Shown one piece after another: positions 40,968-52,444 of a stretch of 64,000 bases of DNA; position 1 is the stretch's first letter; each line of letters begins with the position of its first letter. The position numbers and the translations under genes are program-made. The stretch is from Hyphococcus sp. (lineage in GTDB: Bacteria > Pseudomonadota > Alphaproteobacteria > Caulobacterales > Parvularculaceae). The DNA is taken from assembly GCA_021776295.1 (NCBI GenBank), contig JAJFGE010000012.1, forward strand, positions 11,101-75,100, written 5' to 3'. A model generated the notes under the pieces. It was not told where the DNA came from, did not search any database, and saw nothing but the letters and a program-made list of their open reading frames with translations.

Positions 40968-43900
40968 ATGAACCTCAAACGCCAGTTCGCGCTCATCGCT
41001 GCCCCGCCGATTTTATTTCTATTGTTAAACCCGCTTTACGGCGCGATAATTGGCTGGAATGGTATTCTTTTTCCAGTGCTAACAACACTCACAATGACGC
41101 TGACAAGTATATTTCTTTCTTACTATTTTGCGCGTCCGCTTTTGGCAAAAATCTCCAGCCTGTCAAAGCGGGCGAGAGCTATACGTCAGACTGATGGTTC
41201 GGCATCGGGTGACGATGCAGGCAAAGTGGATATTTTCGATGAAATTTCTGCGGTGTTTAAGAAAGTAACGCTTGAGCGTGAAGAAGTAAAAAATGCTCGC
41301 GACGCGCTTTCGGACGGCAAGGCAAAGCTTGATGCGCTTTCACGTTCCCAGGCTACGATTGAATTCGACCTCGACGGCACAATTGTTGACGCCAATGAGA
41401 ATTTCCTAACCACGGTCGGCTATGCTCTGGATGAGATTAAAGGTCAAAATCACTCGATGTTTGTCGAGACGGACTACAAAGCGAGTGCTGAGTATAAGGC
41501 ATTTTGGGATGGTCTGCGCCGCGGTGAATTCAATGCCGGTAAATTTAAGCGCGTTGGCAAAGGCGGAAAAGAGATCTGGCTCAGAGCAAGCTACAACCCA
41601 ATTCTCGATGAGAACGGTAAGGCAATTAAAATTGTGAAGTTCGCCTCAGATATTTCCGAAGCTGAAGAGGCGGCGCATGAAGCGCTTTTCAAAAGCTCAG
41701 CATTTGGCGGGTCGTCGGTTGCCATGATGATGGTCGATCGTGATTTCATCGTTACTTATGTCAATGAAGCGACCAAGCAACTTCTGGCAGCCAATGCAGA
41801 TGCATTCCGCGAGGTTTGGCCGACTTTTAACGCCGAGAATATCGTCGGCGCGTGCATTGACATGTTCCACAAGAATCCGGCGCATCAGCGCCAGCTTCTA
41901 TCCGATCCATCGCGACTTCCCTATCAGACCGAGATCACCGTAGGCGAACTTAAGTTTGGCCTGAATGTGAGCGGCGTCTTTGATGCTGATCGAAATTATA
42001 TCGGCTGCACTCTGGAATGGGCGGATGTGACAGCTGATCGCCTCAATTCAGGCATGCTGGAGGCGCTTTCAGTTTCCCAAGCGACGATTGAGTTCAATCT
42101 CGACGGCACAATCGTCGGGGCCAATGAGAATTTTCTTAAAACAGTCGGGTACTCGCTTGATGAGATTAAGGGTCAGCATCACTCGATGTTTGTCGAAGCA
42201 GAGTATAAAGAGAGCGCAGACTATAAAGCGCTTTGGGACGGTCTGCGCCGCGGTGATTTCAGCGCCGGTAAATTTAAGCGTATTGGTAAAGGCGGAAAAG
42301 AACTTTGGCTTCGGGCGAGCTACAACCCCATTTTGGATGCCGCTGGCAAGCCGTTTAAAGTTGTCAAATTTGCTACAGACATAACCGAGGCTGAAGAAGC
42401 GGCGCGCGAAGCAACCTTCAAAAGCGCGGCGTTTGCTGGTTCATCGGTTGCGATGATGATGGTCGACCGCGATTTCATAGTCACTTATGTCAATCAGTCG
42501 ACCAAAAAGCTCTTGTCAGAAAATGCAGAAGTTTTCCGGGAGTTTTGGCCGAATTTTAATGCCGATCAAATCGTTGGGTCGTGCATTGATATGTTCCATA
42601 AAAATCCGGCGCATCAGCGTCAGTTGCTATCCGATCCGTCCCGCCTTCCGTATCAGACGGACATCGCCGTTGGTGACTTCAGGTTTGCCTTAAGCGTCAG
42701 CGGCGTATTCGACGCGAATGGCGATTATGTCGGCAATGTTCTTGAGTGGTCTGATGTGACGGCGGATCGGTTGAATGCAGGCATGCTCGCCGCCCTTGAT
42801 CGCGCGCAAGCGACAATCGAATTCTCGCTAGATGGTAAGGTTGTTGATGCGAACGAGAATTTCTTAAGCGTTATGGGGTACAGCCTAGATGATATCAAAG
42901 ATAAGCACCATAGCATCTTTGTCGACCCTGAGTTGAAAAATAGCCCCGATTACGGCATCTTCTGGGAAGCGTTGAAACGCGGAGAGTTTCAATCGGGTGA
43001 GTACAAACGCGTAAACAGAAAAGGTTCGGATGTCTGGATTCAAGCGTCGTATAACCCGATCCTTGATGGCAGTGGCAAGCCGTTCAAAGTAGTGAAATTT
43101 GCCTCCGACATCACTGATGTTGTCAATCAACGTCATAAGGACGAAGAAGAACGCCGCGATGTGGCGAAGGCGCAGCAGTTGGTTGTAGACTCGCTGGCCA
43201 ATGGATTACGCAAGCTTTCCGATGGCGATCTCACCGACAACATCGGTACGCCATTTACATCCGAATACGAACAGCTCCGCCATGACTTCAACGGTGCGGT
43301 ATCGAAACTGAAAGACACTATGGGAACGATTGTCACCACAGTGGAGGGCATTCGTCACGGGTCTGGCGAGATCAGCACCGCTGCGGATGATCTGTCAAAA
43401 CGGACAGAAAACCAGGCGGCGACGCTTGAAGAAACCGCCGCTGCGCTCGATGAAATTACGGCGACGGTGAAACAAACGGCGGAAGGCGCAAACGAAGCGA
43501 ACTCTGTTGCAACGGACACTCGCAAAGAAGCCCAAACAAGCGGAGAAATTGTCAAAGAGACGGTTGAGGCGATGGGTGAGATTGAAAAATCATCTGTTCA
43601 AATCTCACAAATCATTGGCGTTATCGACGACATTGCTTTCCAGACCAACCTGTTGGCGCTCAATGCTGGTGTTGAGGCTGCAAGAGCCGGCGATGCCGGT
43701 CGAGGCTTTGCCGTTGTCGCGCAAGAAGTGCGCGCCCTTGCGCAAAGGTCGTCCGATGCAGCCAAAGAAATTAAAGGCTTAATCACGTCGAGTTCGCAAC
43801 AGGTTGAAACCGGCGTCGAACTTGTTGGGCGCGCAGGTACTGCCCTGTCGGGAATTGTCGAACGTGTAGAGAGTGTCAGTACGCTTGTTTCCGAAATTGC

Positions 43901-44264
43901 CGCCTCCGCGAAAGAACAGTCGGTGAGCCTTTCGGAAGTCAACACTGCAGTCAATAAAATGGACCAGGTCACACAGCAAAATGCGTCCATGGTTGAGCAA
44001 ACCACGGCCGCCAGTCATTCACTGGCCAATGATTCAGATGAACTTATGAGCCAGGTTGCTCACTTTAAAATTGGTGAGGAGAAGGCGGGCGGTTCTGGGG
44101 CGACGGCGTCGCACAATAAAAAGGCCAATAAAAAAGACGCCAAACCCAAGCAGACGGTAGCGGACCAACAAGATCGCGCCGCGTCTTTTGCCTCTGCGAC
44201 CAACGGGTCAGCGGCGTTGTATGTTGAGCCTGAAGGCAGCCAGGAAGACTGGCAAGATTTTTAA
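40968..44264 (+). CDS. Methyl-accepting chemotaxis protein with five PAS domains
   Basis: Two N-terminal hydrophobic segments, repeated PAS units, [20 protein letters not shown] signalling core, C-terminal pentapeptide DWQDF. Confidence 0.95.
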   Translation: MNLKRQFALIAAPPILFLLLNPLYGAIIGWNGILFPVLTTLTMTLTSIFLSYYFARPLLAKISSLSKRARAIRQTDGSASGDDAGKVDIFDEISAVFKKVTLEREEVKNARDALSDGKAKLDALSRSQATIEFDLDGTIVDANENFLTTVGYALDEIKGQNHSMFVETDYKASAEYKAFWDGLRRGEFNAGKFKRVGKGGKEIWLRASYNPILDENGKAIKIVKFASDISEAEEAAHEALFKSSAFGGSSVAMMMVDRDFIVTYVNEATKQLLAANADAFREVWPTFNAENIVGACIDMFHKNPAHQRQLLSDPSRLPYQTEITVGELKFGLNVSGVFDADRNYIGCTLEWADVTADRLNSGMLEALSVSQATIEFNLDGTIVGANENFLKTVGYSLDEIKGQHHSMFVEAEYKESADYKALWDGLRRGDFSAGKFKRIGKGGKELWLRASYNPILDAAGKPFKVVKFATDITEAEEAAREATFKSAAFAGSSVAMMMVDRDFIVTYVNQSTKKLLSENAEVFREFWPNFNADQIVGSCIDMFHKNPAHQRQLLSDPSRLPYQTDIAVGDFRFALSVSGVFDANGDYVGNVLEWSDVTADRLNAGMLAALDRAQATIEFSLDGKVVDANENFLSVMGYSLDDIKDKHHSIFVDPELKNSPDYGIFWEALKRGEFQSGEYKRVNRKGSDVWIQASYNPILDGSGKPFKVVKFASDITDVVNQRHKDEEERRDVAKAQQLVVDSLANGLRKLSDGDLTDNIGTPFTSEYEQLRHDFNGAVSKLKDTMGTIVTTVEGIRHGSGEISTAADDLSKRTENQAATLEETAAALDEITATVKQTAEGANEANSVATDTRKEAQTSGEIVKETVEAMGEIEKSSVQISQIIGVIDDIAFQTNLLALNAGVEAARAGDAGRGFAVVAQEVRALAQRSSDAAKEIKGLITSSSQQVETGVELVGRAGTALSGIVERVESVSTLVSEIAASAKEQSVSLSEVNTAVNKMDQVTQQNASMVEQTTAASHSLANDSDELMSQVAHFKIGEEKAGGSGATASHNKKANKKDAKPKQTVADQQDRAASFASATNGSAALYVEPEGSQEDWQDF

Positions 44265-44357
44265 CTCGGTAGCGAGGCAAGCGGTGCTCCTTTCCAATGA
44301 AGGCGCGCTGCTTGCCCCGTTAATTTTCATGCCTGTCAGAAGCAGCCGGTAGTATCT

Positions 44358-45398
44358 ATGTCTATTCGTGTTCTCGTTGTCGATGACTCGCCGATTATGC
44401 GTGGTTTGATTTCCCGCGCGCTAGAGCAGGACCCTGACATTGACGTTGTTGGAACCGCCGGCGATCCTTACGAGGCGCGACAAGCGATTAAGTCGCTTAA
44501 CCCCGATGTCATCACCCTTGATGTTGAAATGCCGCGCATGAACGGTATCGAATTCCTCGAAAAAATCATGCGATTACGGCCAACGCCGGTTATCATGGTG
44601 TCGACGCGAACGCATAAAGGCGCAGAAGCTGCGATCAAAGCAATGAGCCTCGGCGCCATTGATTGTTTGGGGAAGCCCGATCGCGGAAATGCCCGCGAAG
44701 TATTTGCTAAGCTGCCCGGGATGATAAAGGTGGCGGCGAGAGCTAATCTAAGACCTTTGGGCGAGGCGCGCCCGAGTGAGGCCTGCTCGGATACGTTCGA
44801 GCCAAATGAGAAAATCGTCGCCATTGGCGCCTCGACCGGTGGAGTTGAGGCTCTGACGGATGTTTTATCGGGATTTCCTGAAAATTGTCCGCCAACGGTT
44901 ATCGTCCAACACATGCCGGCATTATTTACAGGCAGCTTCGCCAAACGGCTTGATACTTTGTGTGCAGCTAAGGTTGAAGAGGCGGTGGACGGCGCGCCGC
45001 TTGAGGTGGGGCGCGTCTATCTCGCGCCCGGCGGCGCCACGCATCTTTCCATCGTTGGAAAAGGGCCTTTCTCATGTCGTCTTCGCGCAGACGATTTGGT
45101 AAGCGGTCATAGACCATCCGTTGACGTACTTTTCAACAGTGTCGCCGAGAAAATTAGCAGACGCGCCGTTGGCGTTATTCTTACTGGTATGGGCAAGGAT
45201 GGAGCTGCCGGTCTTCTCGCCATTCGCGAAACGGGCGCGGTGACAATCGGGCAAGATGAGGGCTCTTGTGTTATTTATGGAATGCCGAGAGTGGCGTTTG
45301 AAATGAAAGCAGTGCAGCGCCAATACGCGTTGCCGCGGATAGCTCCAGCGATCATGCGCGCTTGCGATCGCAATGCCAAAGCCGAGGCTGCGGCATGA
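44358..45398 (+). CDS. cheB: Chemotaxis methylesterase
   Basis: REC domain plus [30 protein letters not shown]. Confidence 0.96.
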   Translation: MSIRVLVVDDSPIMRGLISRALEQDPDIDVVGTAGDPYEARQAIKSLNPDVITLDVEMPRMNGIEFLEKIMRLRPTPVIMVSTRTHKGAEAAIKAMSLGAIDCLGKPDRGNAREVFAKLPGMIKVAARANLRPLGEARPSEACSDTFEPNEKIVAIGASTGGVEALTDVLSGFPENCPPTVIVQHMPALFTGSFAKRLDTLCAAKVEEAVDGAPLEVGRVYLAPGGATHLSIVGKGPFSCRLRADDLVSGHRPSVDVLFNSVAEKISRRAVGVILTGMGKDGAAGLLAIRETGAVTIGQDEGSCVIYGMPRVAFEMKAVQRQYALPRIAPAIMRACDRNAKAEAAA

Positions 45399-45976
45399 GC
45401 CGATTTACCAATCTGGCGCGCAGCGAAGAACGCCCAAAGCCGGGAGAGCAGCGCAAATTCAATGTTTTCCAGGGCCAATACAAAGTAACCAACCTCGAGA
45501 ATGCAGTTCTCTCAACACTGCTGGGGTCTTGCGTCGCGGTGTGCATGTATGATCCGGAGGCCGGTGTCGGCGGCATGAATCATTTTCTGGTGCCCGGTGG
45601 TCAAAACCGCGCCAATGAGCGCAGCCTCAGCCACGGCGCCTACTCCATGGAACTCTTGATCAACGGATTATTGAAACGTTGTGCAGAGCGCAAACGGCTC
45701 GTTGCAAAACTTTTCGGCGGCGCTTCTGTAATGTCCGGCCTGTCGGATGTGGGGCAACTAAATGCTGAATTTGCCCGCAGCTTTCTGGCGACGGAAGATA
45801 TTCACTGCATTAGCGAAAGTCTTGGCGGCAAGAATGCGCGGCGCATAAATTTTTGGCCCTATACTGGCCGGGTGCAGCAATTGTTTATTCCCATTGCTGA
45901 GGTTCCGCAGGTTGAAGAAGAAGACAAAAGTGAGCCAGAAGCGCCGCCTGCCGGTAATGATGTTGAGCTATTTTGA
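45395..45976 (+). CDS. cheD: Chemoreceptor glutamine deamidase
   Basis: [28 protein letters not shown]-terminal GNDVELF. Confidence 0.93.
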   Translation: MSRFTNLARSEERPKPGEQRKFNVFQGQYKVTNLENAVLSTLLGSCVAVCMYDPEAGVGGMNHFLVPGGQNRANERSLSHGAYSMELLINGLLKRCAERKRLVAKLFGGASVMSGLSDVGQLNAEFARSFLATEDIHCISESLGGKNARRINFWPYTGRVQQLFIPIAEVPQVEEEDKSEPEAPPAGNDVELF

Positions 45977-46189
45977 TTATATGCCGTACTGTGACTGTCC
46001 TTACCGTTTAGTAGATTCTGGCGTATTCAAGGTGTAATCCTCCGATGTGCGGAATCGATTTAATTGCGAGGAATTTGAAATCAGTCTCGCAATGGGCGTG
46101 TCTTTGTCCAGCCCCAAATGCGCCGGACTTGCCACGGTTTAAGTCCCGGGGCGATTCTAAATCGTGGCAATCCAACTGGCAGTAGAACG

Positions 46190-46232
46190 CTAGAGCAAAT
46201 CCACGATTCGCATTTAACGCATTTTGCTCTAG
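46190..46232. repeat. Degenerate half-copy of the palindromic repeat at 10212-10315
   Basis: ctagagcaaatccacgattcgcatttaacgcattttgctctag aligns with 10273-10315. Confidence 0.7.
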
Positions 46233-46235
46233 CGA

Positions 46236-46506
46236 AAACAAAATTGTTTGATCGTTTGCGTGCTTAGCTCAATGCACGGAAGGAAAAAGTCTTGATGCGC
46301 ATGTTCGCCGAAGGCATTGAAGGGCTCAAAGGGGGCTTAAGCGCAAAAACTACATGACTATAACCGCTGCGCCGAGCGCAACAACAACCCGTGATCTAGT
46401 TGATCTTGTCAAAAAGGGCGCGCTTCTTCGGCGAGGGATGCGCAAATCAACCCGGTATTGTTTGAACCCAGGCATGGCTGGTGAACACCCGGATACGCAA
46501 AAATAA
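46236..46506 (+). pseudogene. 3' remnant of a Fic-family gene (C-terminal winged-HTH)
   Basis: KLFDRLRA*LNARKEKVLMRMFAEGIEGLKGGLSAK, then a frameshift to NYMTITAAPSATTTRDLVDLVKKGALLRRGMRKSTRY. Confidence 0.65.
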
Positions 46507-46870
46507 GAATTTAAGTGCTTCAAATAGTTATGCCTGAGAAGAGAAATTTGTAACACAAATTTTCGTTTTTTGTTTCAGGAGCTTGTGTAGTTAACAATAT
46601 AGGGGCGTATCAATCATGGCGAATTCTACCGGAATGGGGTTTTGGTAATTTTATTCCCCAGTTCGCCGAAAATTCTCTCAAGAATGCAAGGAAATTAGCG
46701 CCCTTATGGGCAAATTGACCTTCAAACAATTGGCTATTTACCTCAATCTCATATAATTAAACCTGCAATAAGTTGTATTGTGAGTAAAAATGTGATACCG
46801 GCTTTAAACCCATATAGCATGGGGGTTTTGAAGAAACCCAGAATCAAAATGGCATGATAGGGAGGCAACG

Positions 46871-49369
46871 ATGATTTCAAATAACTTACGGAAAATATTG
46901 CTGGCAAGCGCAGCCACGATAATCGCTCCAATCGGCGCATTCGCGCAGGACGGCTCGACTGACAGCGCTACCACCGACGATGTCATTATCGTTACGGGTA
47001 CGACCAAAGGGCGGACTGGCTTTGATTCGCCACAGTCAGTGAATTCATTTCCAGAAGAAGATATTCGTAAATTTACGGCAGCCAGCCAAGCGGATGTATT
47101 AACACAATTGCCAGGCATCGCCGCGGAAGGCGGCGGCGGCGAGGTTGCGACGAACTTTTTCGTTCGCGGACTTCCATCCGGCGGCCAATTTCAGTTCACG
47201 CCGCTCGAATATGACGGCATTCCGGTGTTTTCGACTTTTGGCCTGAACTCGTCCGCATTCGATGTTTATTACCGCAATGATCTTGGCATTGAGCGTCTCG
47301 AATATGTGACGGGCGGTGTGTCAAATCTCTTCGGACCAGGCTCAGTCGCAGGCATCATCAACTATATCAGCAAGACCGGCGGCCCTGAAAGTGAAGGAAC
47401 GGCTCAAGTTGAATGGGCCAACCGTGGCCGTTTCCGCGGCGATATCTATCAAAGCGGACCGATTGGCGGCGACGACAGCAACACGTTTTATGCGATTTCC
47501 GGATTTTACCGTCATGATGAAGGAGCGCTCGTCTCTGGTCTTGATACGGAAGGCTTTCAACTCCGTGGTAATATCAAGCATGAATTCACAGACGGGTCGG
47601 GGTCTTTCACCGTTTATGGCCAATATATAGACGACCGTGTCCAGTTCTTCTTGCCGCTGCCGCTTGATGGCGACACGCGTGAACGCGCAATCGGCAATGA
47701 TGGCAAAGAGGTGTTTACATTAAATACGGCTCAAGCAGCGCAATTGTCCTATATGACGCCGGATGGCCGGTTTGAAACGCCGATTGAAGACGGGGTTTTA
47801 ACAGAAGGTGGCTCGCTCGCCTTTGTTCTCGATAAGGATCTAGGCGAAGGCTGGAACATTAACGCTAAGGCGAAATACGCCACATACGACCATCAGTTCA
47901 ATTTGTTTCTTGATGGCGATGGTTTAACCAATTTGCCATTAGCCGCTTCCGATTACGTCGATGAGCTTGGCTTGGGGGGCATAGGCGCCGTTAACGCCGT
48001 ATTCTTGGATACGGGAGATGCCGTTCCTGACAACTTCCTCTTATTTGGCAACAGGACGCTTGATCGTGTGCGTGACGCCACGGATTTCTCCGGCGAATTG
48101 AATATCTCAAAAACCGTCGATTGGGGTGGCGCAGAGCATACATTTACGTTGGGTGGCTTTTTCTCGAACACAGAGGCAATGGATCTCAACTTCATCACCA
48201 CCTTTGTCACTGATTTTCGGAGCGAGCCGCGCCTCGTTGATATTTCTATCGATGGCGCCATGGAAGACATCAATGGCGACCTAGTCGCGGCGGCTCCCGG
48301 CACTATTTTTCAAGTGACGCAAAATGGGTTGCTGAACGCTAATGGCGTCACCGGCGACCGTGATCGTGAATCTCAGCGCTATGCAATTTATGGAGCAGAT
48401 CAGATCGAGACCGGGCGGCTATCTATTGACGTAGGTTTTCGGCTGGAGAAAACCGAAGGGGAGGTTTTGCAGCGTGAGTTGTCGAACGTCCAGATTTCCG
48501 ATGACCCGCTTGTAAACAATCTCATAGAAAATGTTGGATTTCAAAACGGTCAATCGCGTATTGGCGAAGTGTCAGACACAGAATGGGCCGCTTCTGGCAG
48601 CCTGCTCTACAATCTGACCGATTCAGTAAACCTGTTTGCCAACTTCTCCCGCGGCTTCTTCTTCCCAGAGGTGCGTAGCGCCAGATTCATATTTGATACG
48701 AATCAAACCGGGCCCTATGAAGCTGAGATTATTAAGACGGCCGAGGCCGGCGCTAAGTTTAATACCGGCGCGTTATCAGGGTATGTCACCGGCTTTTGGA
48801 CAACGCTGACAGATCGTCAGTCTGTTGACTTCGTCAATGACGGCATGGGCGGCGTCATCAATCAGGTCGCCGTTCAATCGACGCGTGCGATAGGGGTTGA
48901 GGCAGGCGCTGTTTATCGTTTTACCAACGACTTTTCAGTCAATGGTAATGTTACGTGGCGCGACCATGAGTTTACCGACTTTACGGACAATCTGGGCAAC
49001 CAGGTGAATGAAGGTAATGAGCTTCGGCGTCAGCCGAACCTGATTTTCAATACCGGCGCCACCTATGATGACGGGCGGTTTGACTTTAGCATCTTCCACA
49101 ATTATCACGGCAGCAACTTCGCTAATGACGGCAATACAGTTCAGTTGGATACCTACAATCTGGTTCGATTGGATGCGGGCTATACCTACGAAGTCGCCGA
49201 TAATCAGGCTATTCGTCTGAGCATAAACGTCTTCAATCTGTTTGACGCCGATACAGCGACTGAGGGTTCGCCGCGGCAAGGCGACGCTCAGGGGACAGAT
49301 GATGACTTCTTCGTTGGCCGGCCGATTCTGCCGCGCCGGATTACCGCGCGCGCTACCTACGATTTCTGA
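46871..49369 (+). CDS. TonB-dependent receptor (probable sugar/glycoside uptake)
   Basis: Signal peptide, DVIIVTGT TonB box, plug VRGLPSGG, C-terminal ARATYDF. Confidence 0.93.
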   Translation: MISNNLRKILLASAATIIAPIGAFAQDGSTDSATTDDVIIVTGTTKGRTGFDSPQSVNSFPEEDIRKFTAASQADVLTQLPGIAAEGGGGEVATNFFVRGLPSGGQFQFTPLEYDGIPVFSTFGLNSSAFDVYYRNDLGIERLEYVTGGVSNLFGPGSVAGIINYISKTGGPESEGTAQVEWANRGRFRGDIYQSGPIGGDDSNTFYAISGFYRHDEGALVSGLDTEGFQLRGNIKHEFTDGSGSFTVYGQYIDDRVQFFLPLPLDGDTRERAIGNDGKEVFTLNTAQAAQLSYMTPDGRFETPIEDGVLTEGGSLAFVLDKDLGEGWNINAKAKYATYDHQFNLFLDGDGLTNLPLAASDYVDELGLGGIGAVNAVFLDTGDAVPDNFLLFGNRTLDRVRDATDFSGELNISKTVDWGGAEHTFTLGGFFSNTEAMDLNFITTFVTDFRSEPRLVDISIDGAMEDINGDLVAAAPGTIFQVTQNGLLNANGVTGDRDRESQRYAIYGADQIETGRLSIDVGFRLEKTEGEVLQRELSNVQISDDPLVNNLIENVGFQNGQSRIGEVSDTEWAASGSLLYNLTDSVNLFANFSRGFFFPEVRSARFIFDTNQTGPYEAEIIKTAEAGAKFNTGALSGYVTGFWTTLTDRQSVDFVNDGMGGVINQVAVQSTRAIGVEAGAVYRFTNDFSVNGNVTWRDHEFTDFTDNLGNQVNEGNELRRQPNLIFNTGATYDDGRFDFSIFHNYHGSNFANDGNTVQLDTYNLVRLDAGYTYEVADNQAIRLSINVFNLFDADTATEGSPRQGDAQGTDDDFFVGRPILPRRITARATYDF

Positions 49370-49379
49370 TCAGCCTATC

Positions 49380-49413
49380 GCCATGGGCAGGCATTTTGTC
49401 CGCCCATGGCTTT
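49380..49413 (+). terminator. Stem-loop after the TonB-dependent receptor
   Basis: gccatgggc/gcccatggc stem followed by ttt. Confidence 0.55.
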
Positions 49414-49589
49414 CCTCAAAATGCGAAGCGCTTCATGTAGATGTTATGTGATTGGTTCGGATGGCGGGGAGGCTATGACGAAATGTAAGCGGGGCGTGAA
49501 AAGCGGCGTCCGATGGCCTAACCTCCCTGGGCGTCGGGCGCCGCATCATCGCGTAAAACATACCGGTACGACGGGAACGGTCAGGCGCC

Positions 49590-51191
49590 ATGAATGCACT
49601 CGATTATTTTGTTGTCGCCATATATATGGGCGGACTTTTGGGCTTCGGTTTTTTGCTCCGCAAGCAGTCGGATGAGGGCGACTTTTTCCTCGGCGGGCGG
49701 AGCATGGGGTGGTTTCCTCTAACGCTCTCAACTATGGCGACGCAACTTTCAGCCATCAGTTTTATTTCCGCGCCGGCCTTTGTCGGGTTTCGTGAAGGCG
49801 GGGGGCTTAAGTGGCTGACTTACGAATTCTCCGTCCCTCTTGCAATGATCTTGGTGATGTTCGTCATTTCACCGGCTCTCTATCGCGCTGGCATTGTCAG
49901 CATCTATCAATATCTCGAAGAACGCTTCGACCGTTCTACGCGGCTGCTGATCAGCGTTGCATTTCAGGTCGTTCGAGCCTTTGGCACGGGCATCATGGTC
50001 TATGCGATGGGTATTATTCTTGAAGCTGTTTTGGGCATACCGTTCTGGCAGTCTGTGGTTGTCGTCGGGGTCATCACGCTGATTTATTCAACGTCCGGCG
50101 GAATGAAGGCAGTGGTGTATGGCGATGCGATACAGATGGTGCTTATTTTTAGCGGCTTATTGCTGGTCGGCTGGTATGCGCTCCAAGATGCCGGCGGATT
50201 TGAGGTGTTCTGGCGCGAGGTTGATCCGGCGCGCTTGAAAGCCGTCGACTTTAATTCCCTTGGATTGAATGGCGATGAGTTTGGCCTCCTGCCAATGATG
50301 TTTGGCGGCTTCGTTCTTTACGCATCCTATTACGGGTGTGATCAGACCCAGGCACAGCGCATTCTATCAGCGAAAAACATGGGCGACACGCGGCGCCTGC
50401 TTTTCGCCAATGGCATCCTGCGATTTCCGCTAGTACTGCTTTACAGCTTTACCGGCCTCATTGTCGGCGTTGTCGCGTTCAATGATCCCGAACTTCTGGC
50501 GCAAATCCCGGCAGACAAGCCGGATTATTTAATGCCGATCTTTATCATGCAGAAATTGCCTCATGGGATTATTGGTCTCTTGATGGTTGCAATCCTTGCG
50601 GCCGCCATGTCGTCTCTCAGTTCGACAGTCAATTCTCTGGCAGCCGTTTCACTTGAAGATCTCAATGAGCTTGGATGGAAACGGAAAGATCCAAAAGCGG
50701 ATGTCCATTGGGCCCGCGGCATATCGATATTTTGGGGGCTGGTTATTCTTGTTCTGTCCGCCTTTGGCGGCTCGATTGCATCGACAGTCATTGAGGCAAT
50801 CAACAAGGTAGGCTCAGCGCTTTACGGGCCGATCTTGGCCGTCTTCCTGATTGGCATGCTGGATAAACGTGTCGGCGCGCCCGGAGTGAACGCTGGTCTC
50901 ATCATAGGTATGGCGCTTAATCTTTACCTTTGGAAATACCAGCCTCAGATTTTCTGGATGTGGTGGAATTTTATCGGTCTTATCGTTACGGCCTCTGTCG
51001 CATATGGGGTCAGCCTGGTCTTTAAAAGAACGGCGCCGCCCGTTGAGGCTATCGGCGCTGATGCTGCCCTATCCGGTGGCGGCGCATCGCGCCGGATGAC
51101 GATAATTCTTAGCAGCGTTCTTGTTTTAATGTTCATCTTTATGCTGCTCACCAGCATATGGTTAGGTACCCTCGGGGATAAAATGTCGTGA
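49590..51191 (+). CDS. Sodium:solute symporter (SSS family)
   Basis: FFLGGRSM, ATQLSAISF, GGMKAVV, DQTQAQR, AAAMSSLSS; many transmembrane segments. Confidence 0.93.
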   Translation: MNALDYFVVAIYMGGLLGFGFLLRKQSDEGDFFLGGRSMGWFPLTLSTMATQLSAISFISAPAFVGFREGGGLKWLTYEFSVPLAMILVMFVISPALYRAGIVSIYQYLEERFDRSTRLLISVAFQVVRAFGTGIMVYAMGIILEAVLGIPFWQSVVVVGVITLIYSTSGGMKAVVYGDAIQMVLIFSGLLLVGWYALQDAGGFEVFWREVDPARLKAVDFNSLGLNGDEFGLLPMMFGGFVLYASYYGCDQTQAQRILSAKNMGDTRRLLFANGILRFPLVLLYSFTGLIVGVVAFNDPELLAQIPADKPDYLMPIFIMQKLPHGIIGLLMVAILAAAMSSLSSTVNSLAAVSLEDLNELGWKRKDPKADVHWARGISIFWGLVILVLSAFGGSIASTVIEAINKVGSALYGPILAVFLIGMLDKRVGAPGVNAGLIIGMALNLYLWKYQPQIFWMWWNFIGLIVTASVAYGVSLVFKRTAPPVEAIGADAALSGGGASRRMTIILSSVLVLMFIFMLLTSIWLGTLGDKMS

Positions 51192-52444
51192 TGGCGCGAT
51201 CCGCTCAGCGTGATGTGCTGGAGTCCCTTTTTTGGATTGGTGTTGAGGCGTGCGCACCCCGTCATGTTCTGCCACCCGCGCTTCCGAAGAAAGCTCCAGC
51301 CGGCGAAACTATAATTCTCGGCGCCGGAAAAGCGGCGGCGGAGATGGCCGCGGTTGCGGTGGAACATTTGCAAGGCCCTGTTTCAGGCTGCGTTGTCACC
51401 CGATATGGCCACAGCGTAACCCGATCAACCGGCGCTGTTCGGGTCATTGAAGCCGGGCATCCTATTCCTGATGAAAATAGCCTTGAGGCGGCGCAAGTTA
51501 TTGTTGAAACGGCTGAGCGTGCGCGAGTGGAAGATCGTATTTTGTTTATGATTTCCGGAGGTGGATCGGCGCTGCTCTCATGCCCCATTGATGGACTTGC
51601 GTTTGAGGAAAAACGGCAGATTACGGATTTTCTCATGAAGAGCGGTGCGCCCATTGAGGATATTAATTTCATCCGCAAACATCTTTCCAAAGTGAAGGGT
51701 GGCGGCCTATCCGCAGCGGCGGGTATGGCTGAACAAATTACCTATATTATTTCTGATGTTGTTGGGGACCTGCCTGAAGATATTGCATCGGGCCCGACAT
51801 TACCCATGACGCCTGATCCGGACAGCGCGATTAGTCTCTTACGAGACTATGGATGGGCTGTGACTGAAAATTTGGAAAGTGCAATACGCAACGCGGCGGC
51901 GCCTGCGCCACCTTTGCACGAAATAAAAATTTTAGCGAGAAACAAGGATGCGCTTGATGCTGTTGACGCCGCTGCACGGGCTAACCCTTGGCGAGTACAT
52001 AATCTTGGCGATCAACTCGCAGGCGATGCTGGCGAGATCGGCGCAGCTCATGCGCAAATGGCGCAAGAGTATGTCAGCAGAAACGAAACAACGGCAATTA
52101 TTTCCGGCGGCGAGCTAACGGTTTGTGTAAAGAACTCCACCGGGCATGGCGGCCCGAATCAGGAATATCTTGCCGCTCTGGTGATGGCGTACCCTGAGGG
52201 TGCGCCAATCGCCGCCATAGCTTGCGATAGCGACGGCATTGACGGCTCAGGCGACAATGCCGGCGCGTATGTCGATAGAAATTCAATCGCCCGCATCAAG
52301 GCAGCCGGGCTTGATCCGCAAGAATTGCGACAAACTAATGACACATACCGCCTGTTTGAGGCATCCGGAGGTCTTATCAAAACCGGCCCCACACGAACTA
52401 ATGTAAATGACATTCGAATAATTCTGGTGAACGGCGATGAATGA
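51188..52444 (+). CDS. Glycerate kinase type 2 (DUF4147-MOFRL)
   Basis: GAGKAAAEMA, EAGHPIPD, ISGGGSAL, RKHLSKVKGG, SGGE, DGIDG, TGPTRTNVND. Confidence 0.92.
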   Translation: MMARSAQRDVLESLFWIGVEACAPRHVLPPALPKKAPAGETIILGAGKAAAEMAAVAVEHLQGPVSGCVVTRYGHSVTRSTGAVRVIEAGHPIPDENSLEAAQVIVETAERARVEDRILFMISGGGSALLSCPIDGLAFEEKRQITDFLMKSGAPIEDINFIRKHLSKVKGGGLSAAAGMAEQITYIISDVVGDLPEDIASGPTLPMTPDPDSAISLLRDYGWAVTENLESAIRNAAAPAPPLHEIKILARNKDALDAVDAAARANPWRVHNLGDQLAGDAGEIGAAHAQMAQEYVSRNETTAIISGGELTVCVKNSTGHGGPNQEYLAALVMAYPEGAPIAAIACDSDGIDGSGDNAGAYVDRNSIARIKAAGLDPQELRQTNDTYRLFEASGGLIKTGPTRTNVNDIRIILVNGDE

